From Eledone cirrhosa (lineage: Eukaryota): a DNA stretch of 64,000 bases. Below are positions 44,101 through 53,898 of this stretch, in pieces. The position numbers and the translations under genes are program-made. Location of the stretch: positions 5,022,001 through 5,086,000 of the forward strand of contig OZ024750.1 of NCBI GenBank assembly GCA_964016885.1, in the 5' to 3' direction. The first letter of the stretch is position 1; every line of letters starts with the position of its first letter. The notes beneath the pieces are model-generated. The model searched no databases, was not told the DNA's origin, and was given only the letters and a program-made list of their open reading frames with translations.

Positions 44101-45649
44101 TTTTATCAACAAAAGATTGTTTCTCTTCATGGAGTTCATTCTGCAGTTGTTGTGATTGGTCCCTCTGGAATAAAGTAACATATAGATACTATAAAGTAAC
44201 ATACACACACACATAACAACATACGACACACACCCATCATCATCATCATTTTACGTCCGCTTTTTCCCTGCTTGCAAGGGTGGGACGGGAACTGATTCTG
44301 GCTTGATTTCTACAGCTGGATGCCCTTCCTAACACCAACCTCATTTACAGTGAGTGCTGGGTGTTTTTATGCCGTGGCACCTCCACGACCACTTTGCAGT
44401 GGAATGATAGGGACCCCAGTCCCTACCATCTCATTTCTACAGCTGAGTAAACTGGAGCAATGTGAAATAAAGTGTCTTGCTCAAGGAAACAACATCACCC
44501 GGTCTGAGAATTGAACTCACAACCTTTCGATTGCAAGGCCAATGCTCTAACCACTAAGCCATGTGCCTCCATATGTATATATATATATATGTCTTTGATC
44601 ATGACCAAAGGGTCAACGAAAGGAATGGCAGATGATTAGGCACTACAGGCATTCCACTTGCCATACACTCAAAACTTCCAGCAACTGGGATGGTTCTGGG
44701 GATCATGAGCAATGGATATGTCATGCCTCCTCACTCCTTTCTTCAGGGTTTAAGGGTCAATGCTGCTGACTATAAGGTGTTGGAGAGAGTTGTGAGGCCT
44801 TGGATAGAGAGCTTGAGCAAAAGACCATACACCTAGCAACAAGACTGCTTCATCTCATAAGGCCTAACATACACACACTCATACAAACACACACATATAC
44901 TCACCAACTGCTGAACCTGTACATTTAGCTGCTCATTAGCCTGGATATGTTTTTCAAGGAGTGCAGCAAGTTCTCGGTTCCGTTCCTGGAAAGGTAAAAA
45001 ATCAAATTAACTAATATTTCCGATATACTAAAGTGGTAGTGCTGGTGCCATGATACAATGCACCTCCTGCACTCTGTAAAATGGTAGGCCTAAAAGATAT
45101 TCAGCTGTAGAGACCATGCCAAAATTAGAGTGTAAGCTAGTCATGCCCCCCCCCCCCCCCCCCCCCATACACACACATATACATACACATACCCCAGACC
45201 ATCTAAGAAGACAATAGCTCTGATTAAATATTGACATGATCTGTAACTGCCCCTCCAACCCATGCCAGCATGGAAAGGCAAATATAGAAATTATGATAAA
45301 CATACATATAAATATTGACTCATTTTAAAATATGTCAAAGACAAATGTCAAAGTTGAAACCCTACATTATTAAATGACACTGAATTCTTAATAAATCAAT
45401 AGAAAATCAATAAAAGAGCAATACCTCTAGTTGTGCAACACTGGAATTTTCTACAGGTGTCTCACCATTGATAATTGCAGTAGACTATAACAGAAAACAA
45501 AGAATATAATATAGTTGATGGAAAATATATGTTATTGGTTAGTACCTGTAATTGAAAGGGCCAGCTTTGCCATATTCTGTCATACTGACTCAGCTTGGGA
45601 CTTACGTTAAGGGTACACGTCTCTATAGGATACTCAACCACATATGTTA

Positions 45650-45685
<36 letters not shown>

Positions 45686-48476
45686 TATAAACCTAACGAC
45701 ATGCCTGTAATATTGGAGCAGTGATCTCTCAATTTTGAGATGCACCAGCTCTACCTGGAGCGACTCTCTGATCTCCAAGTTACATACTATATCAAATAAC
45801 CGTTACTCCACAGACCCTTCAGAGGAACTCCATTTTGGTCGCTTATATTCGCAATCATATTCTTTCGGTAATTACCCAAGATTCATGATCACAGGTAATG
45901 TCTTTCATTATAAATATAGTAAAATATGGGTTAAATTGTCTATATTTATCTAAAAATACCTTCCATCATAATTTTATGATAGAACCTTTATTAAGGTATG
46001 TTCCAAAGACCAGATAAATAATGAGAAAATTAGTTACATTACTTAATCCTTTCAAATTCTTCATTATATTCAAAATTATTTGAAAATCATAGGCAGTGGC
46101 TTTCACTAGAAATATAGTAATGAAAGTTTGAATAAAAAATATAGTTAAAGATTGTATCTTCTCATGTCCACTTCCTGAACATCTCATTAATGTTTTGTGA
46201 TGTTTGGCACTATACCAAAGCTGAAATCTAATAATAGCTTTACCCAATTCCTTTAAAACAACAACAACAGCATCCATATCTTCTAGTACTGCTCCTTCAC
46301 CAATATTAGTGAACTAGAACAAAATAGAACTCCCTCTACAGTAAAGTTGGAACTTTGCCAAGCTAGGAAATCTTCAGCTGATATAATATAAATACAAATA
46401 GCTTAAGTAATATCAGTGAGAGAGATATGACATTTAGACTTTGAGGATAAATTAACATGCTTGCTTGTTAAGTGGTGTAACATGGTAAAATATCTAATTA
46501 TTAAGAATAATAAAAGATAATTATCAGTCGTATGTGTTCCTTAAGAAACAACCTAAATAATGTTTGCTTTATGAAAATTATTTTATTCTTTATTACTGCT
46601 GAAGTTAGCTTTGCCTTTCATCCTTACACGGTCGATAAATAAAGTACCAGTCACACACTGGGGTCGATAAAATAAAGGGTTAAAATGTAAAGAACTATAT
46701 ATGGTTCTTAATATTTTAACACTTTCATGACCATATTTCTAATGAAGCTCATGGTATTTTAATTAAAAATTTGGAGGAATTTACTAAAATTATTAATTAC
46801 TGCATTATTAAGATAGTATTTGTAACCTCTCAAAAGGTTTTTATATCAAATTATGTTGGAAGATCTTAGTTTAAATAGGAACCCTTTAAAATGAGTGATT
46901 TTATTTCATAGTACCAGAGCCATTTTTGGCTGGGTTGGTATGGAAAGGGTTAAGAACTCCACCACTTGCTAAAACAAACCTAAAATAGGGAAGACAGTCA
47001 TGAAATGTAGAAAAACAAGACAAGCCTCATGGACCAGATATGCCATAGTTAACAGTATAAGAAAGTAAGAAAGTCTAAAATAGAAACACTTACTTCATGA
47101 AGGAGGTCATTGATGTGTTGTGACAGTTGATGTAGAGATTCTGTGGAAGCAGTTGGCCTAATAATGAAAGAGATATATTTCATCTGTTCAACAGAGTTCA
47201 AGAAAGACAGACTTACATGTATTACATAACTATATAAAAACAGTTCTAGTACAGTAGGAGTCATTTATATATAATAAAGATGCCTATACTCTACCAATGT
47301 ATTGAGTATCTTTTTTTAACTGTGGTTACGCCCAACACAACTCGGGTACACACATATATATATATATTCATTTTATTAAGGCTAACTAGTGAGTCTTGTT
47401 ACTCTGGTGTTTCACCTGTTTATCACAGGTGAATGTGTGTGTGTGTGTATATATAGAGAGAGATAGATAGATAGATAGATATAAAGTGAATGGCATTAGG
47501 AAGGACATCTAGCAGCTGACACCATGCCAAAATAAAACATGGATGCCGAGCTCCTCTGCAAGATCGGAACTTCAGTAGCCTGCCTGAGGAAGGAGCCCTA
47601 TGACATGGGGTGGCTGTTGCAGCGGGTGTCACTGGCCATTGTCCACAGAAATGCTTTTGCAGTTTTGTGCAAGGGGTGAATCCCCAACACTGTCACACCT
47701 TAAGCCCAGAGCCCAGAGCCCTCACCTTTTTTTTCTGTGGCCCTAGAGTCCTTGTTTTTCCTCTTTCCCTAGACATTGATTGACACATGTTGTGATGAAA
47801 AACACAGCTTAGCTTTGCAGCCACCATGACAGGCTTCATACTCAATGTTTTACAGCTAGATGTCCTTCCTTGTGCCAAACTCTTTGAATTAACTCCTACA
47901 ACACACAAGGACAGTGTGTTGATTCTAAACCAAATATACATAGATTATTTTAAAAATAAAATAACAAAATAATGTTGATAATGCAATTGTTAAAAATTGA
48001 CAATAAAATGTAAAACAGTGTTTATGTAACTAACTACAATAATAAAACAGTATGGTGCATTCACAAATTTCAAACTACCTGACATCAAACAACACCAGAT
48101 GGTGAATAACTAATTTATTTTAAGCTTGGGCTAAATTAAAAGCCATTATCTTAATTAGAAATAATATTCACAAATTGGTCTATATTTCATATACAATTAT
48201 TATGATGACCCTGTTCAACTGAGAGACTTTTGGGAAGAAGTAAAATAATTGTTTCTACTTTAGGCACAAGGCCAGCAATTACCCAGTGAATTACTGGTAC
48301 TTTATTTTATCAACCCCGTAAGGATGAAAGGCAAAGTCAACCTCGCCGGTATTTGAACTCAGATCGTAAAGGGACGTAACTATGCTGGAAAGCATGGCGT
48401 CCGACCCTCTACCGATACTGCCAACCCACCGCCCGAAGAAGTAAAATAATATTGAACCATTAGTTTCTACTGTATG

Positions 48477-48544
<68 letters not shown>

Positions 48545-49744
48545 ATTTGGAAATTTGTATCATCATCATTTAACATCCATTTTTACATGCTATATATAAA
48601 GAAAGAAATCTACCTAATAAAGAAATTTATATATAGCTTTGATATATCTTAATGCACACACGTGTGTATGAATATATTTCATTCACTTTCTTATAATGAT
48701 TAAGGCTTGATTTTATTCTCTGAATTCTATCTTGAGCTGTTTTTAAAGAGAAGACATATGTCTGATATGTATGATTTTGTATCATTCATGACACCTTTTA
48801 CTTTGAAAGTAATAATAATAATAATAATAATATATATATATATATAAATTTTTAGAAGGGACTAGGTGCTGTGTGGTTACTAGAAGCCAGGTGTTTAGAA
48901 ATATAAAGAAAACACAAACAAAGGACAGATCTCCTCTTCAGTTGTCTGCTAGGGATCTCAGACATCTCTGATGCATTGAGAGAGGGGGGGGGGTTAATTA
49001 AAGAAACAGAAACCACCCTTCTCCCTATTTGTCAGTCTCTCTTATAAGAGAGGAAAGGAATATAGAGAAAGAGGTAGAAAGAGAAAGCAAGAGAGAGAGA
49101 GAGAGAAAGAAAGAGAGAAAGTTTTGTCTGGAAGGTGAGAGGAGGGAAAACAAAAAACCATAGTTACTACCACTCCTGACAATGTTTTCATCAATTAACC
49201 GCCCCTGCCATGTCACCCCCACCTATCTCACACACACAGACTTACTTCAGCAGTTTAGGAAGTAGGTGAGGATGTAAGAACAACTTAAAAGACATGTAAA
49301 GAATGTGGTTAGCCAAGTGACATTCCTGACCTAAATTACCTGAGGAGGACTTTACTCAAACTACCTGAGACAATTTCAAGCAAGGTTACTGGTACAAGGC
49401 CAAGACTGGGAAACAATGAGCAGTATTTAGTTTCAATGGAATCAACTTTGGTTCCGGTTCCCCTAACATTGAATGTTATACTCTTCTAGTGAGTACCCTT
49501 CATGATGTTAACCTTTTTGCATTTAAACTGGCTATATCCCTCATGCACACACACAAAAAGGGTCTTATATGTTAGTCAGACACACACAAAAAAGGGTCTT
49601 ATATGTTAGACACACAAAAAGGGTCTTATATGTTAGTCAGATATACAGCATAAAAAAAGGGTCTTATATGTTAGACACAAAAAAAGGGTCTTTATGTTAG
49701 ACACACACACAAAGGTCTTATATGCTAGTCAGACACACACACCT

Positions 49745-49775
<31 letters not shown>

Positions 49776-52326
49776 ATATGTTAGTCAAACACACACAAAG
49801 GGTCTTATATGTTAGTCAGACACACAAAAAAAGGGTCTTATATGCTAGTCAGACACACACAAAAAAGGGTCTTATATGTTAGTCAGACATACAAAAAAGG
49901 GGTCTTATATGTTAGACACACACAAAGGGTCTTATATGCTAGTCAGACACACACAAAAAAGGGTCTTATATGTTAGTCAGACATACAAAAAAGGGGTCTT
50001 ATATGTTAGACACACACAAAGGGTCTTATATGCTAGTCAGACACACACAAAGGGTCTTATATGTTAGTCAGAAGAAATTATTGAAGAAAGGAAGAGCCAG
50101 ACAGAGAGCAATTTCCTTGCAAATCATGCTTAGGTACCTCTTTTGTTTCAACATTTCTGAGAGTAATTCAGTCTTGGAATAATCTGATATTCTTTCAGGA
50201 TAACTGGACAGCCAGATAAAAAAGAAGGGGAGGAAAAGCAAATAAAACTGTGTGTGTATGTGTGGTGTGAGTGTGTGTGTGTGTATTTATGTTTAGTTGT
50301 GATAACTAGAGAAAGAAAACTATATTGCCTTAAACAGGGACTATAAAGTAGAGCGGACTCTTCAGTCTAATAGAGTATACGGCAACCCCTCTAGTGCTGG
50401 TATCATAACATGCACCCAGTACACTCTGTAAAGAGGTTGGCATTATGAAGAACATACAGCTTTAGAAACCATGCCAAACAGGGAATATACGAGCAGGATG
50501 ATGTCTCTTCAAGCCATCTAGTCTAGGACATTGTCAACACATCCAACCCATGCCAGCATGGAAGATGGACAGATGATGATGATGATGGTGTATCTGTGTG
50601 TTTATGTCCCATAATTTAGTGATTCTACAAATAAAAAACAATAACAAGAACCAGAAATGAAAAAATAAATACTAGGGTTGATATGATTAAGACTAAATCT
50701 CCTGAAGGTTGTGCCCCAGCATGGCCAGTCTAATGACTGAAATCAGTAAAAGTATAAAAGATAAAGTACAACAGAAGCACTATATAATTGAACAGTCTCT
50801 CATTAGTTAGCAGTGATGAATTACAAACCTGTAATGGTTGGCAATGTATAAAAAAAATATGTATTTTCTCAACAAATATTTTTCATCTAATTTCTTTATG
50901 ACTTTTATACATCCATTTTCCCAAGCTTCCCTACACAGGATGGTTTATTTGTTAGAAAAAAAATGGTTTTACAGGGAGATGGCTTGTTCCTTACTAATGT
51001 TAACTACTCAACTGTGAAGTTGGTTTTACAACTGGATGGCTTGGAGCTGACTACTGCTAATTACTCAACTGTGAAGTTGGTTTTACAACTGGATGGCTTG
51101 CAGCCGATTACTGCTAATTACTCAACTGTCAAGTCAGAGAAAACACACCATGAATATTTAAAAAATGCTCCACACCTCTCTCTCCATAGAGAAAAGTTCT
51201 CTCCCATCTCAACACAACACAAACTATTGTTAACTGTTGGGAATAATATAAAATAAATTATTCATCTGTCAGTTGTTTATTTAATGAAACTAAAATTCCG
51301 GAGAAAGTAACAAATCAAGTATTGTGTTTAGTGTTGTGTTTATAGTGCTGTAGTAGTGTGTATATAGTAGTGCAATAGTGTGTGTGTGTGTATAGAACTG
51401 TAGTAGTGAAGTAGCCATTAATAACCTGAAATATTGGTCTGGTGATAACAATGGTAGTTGAACTAGTCATCAATTAATTAACATAGGAACCAGTAGTTAC
51501 TCACCATCGTTATCATTACGGCTACCATTTTTACATCATGGTTTTGGCATGGTTTCTACAGTTGGATACCCTTCCAATCATCCACAACTTTATAGAGAAT
51601 CGTGTATATATTTTATTATAGCACCAGCACTAGAGACCCTTCCTAAAGCTAACCACTTTACAGTGTACTGGGTGTATTTTATCATGGCACTAGCACCAGA
51701 GAGGTTGGTTATTGTGTCCTTGATACAACTGAAAAGCCAATTTAACCCTTTCTAACATCAGCCACTATACAGAGTGTACAGGGTATGGCAGCCATTAACT
51801 TGATATCAAGTACAACAACTCTCTTACTACAGTCATTTGTAGATATCAGATATGTTAGCTTCTCTGTCATAGGATCTTAGATGAATGCAGAACAATGAGT
51901 TTGTTGTAAATATTTTATGACAAACACTGCATGGAATTTGATGAATGATATCGTCAATAAGGGCTTTATCCGTGTGCATTCATACAAAATGGATTTCCAG
52001 TCTCGCAATAGATGTACAAATCTTTAAACATATGTGAGAACAATGACCAGGAACTACAGCTATATAAATGTCTTGTGTTGGTCTCTTGACACGTGATATC
52101 TCAACGGTGACATGACCTTTTAAAAGTGTTATAGACACAAACTTATATACATGAGAGAGAGACATCACAGAGACTCATACATAGGAATACACTCACACAC
52201 ACACATTCATTTTGATTGAAGATACAAAACCTATATTGTTGCTAAACTAGAAGCAGTCATATATTAAAAATAAAACTCTTACCTTTGATTGATATGAAGG
52301 TCTGGTGTATATTGAGGATTTTCATC
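24448..52326 (-). CDS. GOLGA2: Golgin subfamily A member 2 (GM130) ortholog, 24 coding exons in window, 5' part beyond window
   Basis: Spliced by hand: 24 exons with GT/AG ends and consistent phases, 2709 nt. GM130 hallmark motifs: [100 protein letters not shown]. Long coiled-coil. No start exon or basic p115-binding N-terminus seen in the window. Confidence 0.95.
26282..26483 (-). CDS. GOLGA2: GOLGA2 exon w (GKLAKLQGLVVQML...SKYPE)
   Basis: ttcaag/gtaaga, phase 0/1. Confidence 0.9.
26852..26958 (-). CDS. GOLGA2: GOLGA2 exon v ([36 protein letters not shown])
   Basis: tttcag/gtatgt; matches GM130 GEYIALYQSQR...EYISRLAQDKEEM. Confidence 0.95.
27659..27761 (-). CDS. GOLGA2: GOLGA2 exon u ([34 protein letters not shown])
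   Basis: ttacag/gtgtgt; conserved GETDTIG motif. Confidence 0.95.
27950..28335 (-). mobile_element. CR1/L2-type LINE 3' end
   Basis: FFTLRVAEAWNKVPASV..TSFK is the FFxxRVxxxWNxLP motif; the 3' tail (acagtgctcaggtgcactac) recurs at ~34150-34210. Confidence 0.75.
28509..28579 (-). CDS. GOLGA2: GOLGA2 exon t (NPDENIVSRVEFEKLKKTMEIIQ)
   Basis: gaacag/gttagt, phase 1/0. Confidence 0.9.
28842..28980 (-). CDS. GOLGA2: GOLGA2 exon s (IQSLQATICQLEAERNQLIENLQDQR...)
   Basis: ttccag/gtaagt, phase 0/1. Confidence 0.92.
29429..29542 (-). CDS. GOLGA2: GOLGA2 exon r (DMMNALTTQNSELRNML...)
   Basis: ttgtag/gtatgt, 114 nt. Confidence 0.92.
29890..30048 (-). CDS. GOLGA2: GOLGA2 exon q (LTSRDVKLNE...QDRLRHYEAQAQLVETLQRELSASQ)
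   Basis: tgttag/gttggt, 159 nt. Confidence 0.92.
30403..30516 (-). CDS. GOLGA2: GOLGA2 exon p (SNDSMELMTKLQSEEHRGHELADRL...)
   Basis: cttcag/gttggt; resembles GM130 NENMEITSALQSEQH. Confidence 0.93.
30630..30765. repeat. 22-bp tandem repeat (CAGTAATTATAATTCTTTGCAA/ACCA)
   Basis: Direct reading. Confidence 0.85.
31159..31351 (-). CDS. GOLGA2: GOLGA2 exon o (FLEEKENR...[24 protein letters not shown])
   Basis: ttctag/gtttgt; conserved golgin A2 motif. Confidence 0.95.
31865..32003 (-). CDS. GOLGA2: GOLGA2 exon n (ECESQNEC...HETQIRDNAQLSR)
   Basis: tattag/gtaagt, phase 1/2. Confidence 0.9.
32418..32505 (-). CDS. GOLGA2: GOLGA2 exon m (VSSLTEEREKLYSEQHEAESKMHSLRRQL)
   Basis: atttag/gtaatt, phase 0/1. 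Confidence 0.9.
32562..33108. mobile_element. Non-autonomous hAT element (MITE) with 8-bp TSD
   Basis: TIRs CAGGGTTTCCCAACCT / AGGTTGGGAACTCCTG; perfect TSD ATGTAGAG at 32554-32561 and 33109-33116. Confidence 0.92.
33339..33446 (-). CDS. GOLGA2: GOLGA2 exon l (YQEAFQSVTNERNQQSEQYQHYINQLQQ...)
   Basis: (ct)n-tag/gtcagt, 108 nt. Confidence 0.9.
33965..34130 (-). mobile_element. SINE family A copy (internally deleted)
   Basis: Head and tail match family A. Confidence 0.75.
34588..34855. repeat. 38-bp minisatellite, ~7 copies (ATATGGTAAAGAAAGAGTTATAGGGACAATGTTTAGAT)
   Basis: Direct reading. Confidence 0.93.
34939..35015. mobile_element. Tiny Tc1/mariner-type MITE (CAGGGTGTCCC TIR); related copies at 35324-35358 and 52987-53060
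   Basis: TA-(C/T)AGGGTGTCCCAAAA...TTTTGGGACACCCTG-TA. Confidence 0.8.
38445..38815. repeat. Degenerate ~77-bp tandem repeat (caactgcccagacccctcataatgggacc...aaaatacagttcc)
   Basis: Units at about 38447, 38524, 38600 and a diverged copy near 38735. Confidence 0.75.
39850..40362. repeat. 48-bp minisatellite, ~10 copies
   Basis: cagccagtacactctgtaaagtgatagtactggtgtcatgatgaaata repeated; gives the 16-aa repeat ORF 39829-40353. Confidence 0.96.
40535..40621 (-). CDS. GOLGA2: GOLGA2 exon k (LSSQSDKESLKLVDSLQQEREEYIKKVEY)
   Basis: tttcag/gtaagt, 87 nt. Confidence 0.9.
41298..41378 (-). CDS. GOLGA2: GOLGA2 exon j (VSDCLAHEQNVEDLRKKLEMAELYSQQ)
   Basis: tgccag/gtaagg; KKLEMAEL motif. Confidence 0.9.
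42135..42195 (-). CDS. GOLGA2: GOLGA2 exon i (QSVEELQQQISELNGKLNSK)
   Basis: ttccag/gtaaaa, phase 2/0. Confidence 0.9.
42608..42666 (-). CDS. GOLGA2: GOLGA2 exon h (NSKEYAKDIDRLKLELYKS)
   Basis: ttccag/gtaagc, phase 0/2. Confidence 0.9.
43228..43334 (-). CDS. GOLGA2: GOLGA2 exon g (EIEEMGGRFRVSRQRITELERNM...)
   Basis: ttcaag/gtaggt, phase 1/0; resembles GM130 SRRRVGELER. Confidence 0.9.
43674..43767 (-). CDS. GOLGA2: GOLGA2 exon f ([19 protein letters not shown]...)
   Basis: tttaag/gtaagt; highly conserved GM130 motif. Confidence 0.95.
44066..44164 (-). CDS. GOLGA2: GOLGA2 exon e (RDQSQQLQ...GSLKDQLQ)
   Basis: ttccag/gtaaag, 99 nt. Confidence 0.9.
44660..44866 (+). mobile_element. Tc1/mariner-superfamily transposase remnant
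   Basis: Frameshifted translation ~PATGMVLGIMSNG..VMPPH..QGLRVNAADY.KVLERVVRPWIE..RPYT*QQD..SHKA, i.e. the region around the second catalytic D (QQDxAPxH). Confidence 0.75.
44905..44985 (-). CDS. GOLGA2: GOLGA2 exon d (ERNRELAALLEKHIQANEQLNVQVQQL)
   Basis: ttccag/gtgagt, 81 nt. Confidence 0.9.
45425..45484 (-). CDS. GOLGA2: GOLGA2 exon c (STAIINGETPVENSSVAQLE)
   Basis: ttatag/gtattg, 60 nt, phase 0/0, open. Confidence 0.85.
45695..45897 (-). mobile_element. RTE LINE fragment (post-RT HESWVITER region)
   Basis: Similar to 17030-17100; minus strand reads HESWVITER...KMEFL*RV. Confidence 0.75.
46715..46953. mobile_element. Abundant AT-rich MITE with TTAA-CCCTTT / AAAGGG-TTAA ends (piggyBac-like); many partial copies
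   Basis: Shared ccatatttctaatgaaa...ccttccatcataatttt motifs at ~11780-12300, 21740-22100, 30825-31100, 34420-34610, 37850-37980, 40708-40960, 42970-43110, 43860-44020, 45890-46145, 53130-53235. Confidence 0.65.
47094..47157 (-). CDS. GOLGA2: GOLGA2 exon b ([21 protein letters not shown])
   Basis: ttag/gtaagt; matches the GM130 STESLRQLSQQLNGL motif. Confidence 0.9.
48250..48434 (-). mobile_element. Full-length tRNA-derived SINE (family A) with 16-bp TSD
   Basis: Same head and core as 13735; TSD GAAGAAGTAAAATAAT at 48234-48249 and 48435-48450. Confidence 0.92.
49548..50072. repeat. Degenerate ~25-34-bp minisatellite (AAAGGGTCTTATATG(T/C)TAG(TCAG)ACACAC)
   Basis: Direct reading. Confidence 0.92.
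50973..51130. repeat. 60-bp tandem repeat, ~2.6 copies
   Basis: tactcaactgtgaagttggttttacaactggatggcttg repeated at 60-bp spacing. Confidence 0.85.
52283..52326 (-). CDS. GOLGA2: GOLGA2 exon a (DENPQYTPDLHINQR)
   Basis: tttcag acceptor, gtaaga donor; 44 nt, phase 0 in / 2 out, which fits the next exon. Poorly conserved sequence. Confidence 0.7.
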
Positions 52327-52811
52327 CTGAAAAAAATTTAGAAAATAGAAATCACACTTATGTAGGTTTAACTTACCTATGAGGTATCTCATAGGTCTCT
52401 TGGGTGTTTTAATGTTAGGGGCCCCAGTCCTATCATGCTACAGCTCACACCTACAAGGCCTCCTATGAGATTTCTCAGTTGTTTTAATGATAGGGGGTCC
52501 TGGTTCTATCATGAAAAGTAACATAAAATGACATCTGTTCATAAATACAAGCCACCTTCCATGTTTATTTATTAACAATCATCGTTTTTACATTGATTTT
52601 TCTATACTAACATGGACTGAACAAGATTTAATGGACTGGCATCCTGTCCAGGGGGAAGTCTTGTACTCTCAGTCACTTCATACCATGAAACCAGGATAAG
52701 CACCAGCCTGGCGGGCCTCCTGACCTGAGACAGTCAGACTTGGATATCTAAATTAAAACTGTCCACCATAATTCGATGTATGAATATTGTTTTCTCCCAA
52801 ACAACTTAATA

Positions 52812-52975
52812 ATTGTTTCTACTTTTGGCACAAGGCCAGCAATTACCCCAGTGCATTACTGGTACTTTATTTTATCAACCCCCGTAAGGATGAAAGGCAA
52901 AGTTAACCTCAGCGGGATTTGAACTCAGAGCATAAAGAGAAGTAACTATGCTTCAAGGCATGACGTCCGACCCTT
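52812..52975 (-). mobile_element. SINE family A copy
   Basis: Same core (ccccgtaaggatgaaaggcaaagttaacctc). Confidence 0.85.
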
Positions 52976-53058
52976 TAATATCTTGTCAGGATGTCTCCCA
53001 AAAATGTATACACACTTCAACAGCACTAATATTTGTATACATTTTTAGGGGACACCCT

Positions 53059-53132
<74 letters not shown>

Positions 53133-53624
53133 CATCTCAATGAAATTTAAAATTTTAGTAAATGCCTCCAAATTCTTCATTAATTAAATCAAATGCAGTG
53201 TATTTCATTCAAAATACGGTAACAAAAGGGTTAAATATATAGAATCAATCCTAGAACCAATCTAAGTATTTCTTAATACATCATCTAATCTGCCAGTGTT
53301 CTAAGTTGAAGGAGTGGCAGACTCTACCAAGAGATTCTAATTTTAGCTCTGTCCCAAAATAGTTCACCTGAATCTAATTTCAACCTCAAATTCCCTAATC
53401 CCCTGTTTGTCTGCTAAAATAAACTCCCTTTTTCTGAAGCCCTTTTATGGTAAAACCAACTTATCAGCACACCTTTCTTTCAGTTAGACATATCCAAAGA
53501 CAGACATATTGTTTCAAAGAACACACACACACACAATATCAATGTGTGTGTTTGTGTGTGTTTGTGTGTGTTTGTGTGTATTAATAAAGTATAAAAAAAA
53601 TATATCACCCTGCTATAAAATAAT

Positions 53625-53836
53625 AATAATGGTTTCTGATTTAGGCACAAGGCCAGCAATTTTAGGGGTGGGGTAACTCGATTAAATCAACCCCAGTGCA
53701 TTACTGGTGCTTTATTTTATCAACCCCGTAAGGATGAAAGGCAAAGCTAACCTCGGTAGGATTTGAACTCAGAACGTAAAGGGCCATAACTCTATGCTGC
53801 AAAGCATGGCGTCTGGCGCTCTACCGATTACTGCCA
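53625..53836 (-). mobile_element. SINE family A copy adjacent to the satellite
   Basis: Same core and tRNA head. Confidence 0.85.
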
Positions 53837-53898
53837 AAAATGTTTATAATTTGAATCAAATTCTAAACAATGTTTTATTGTAACATTTTGTGCAGACT

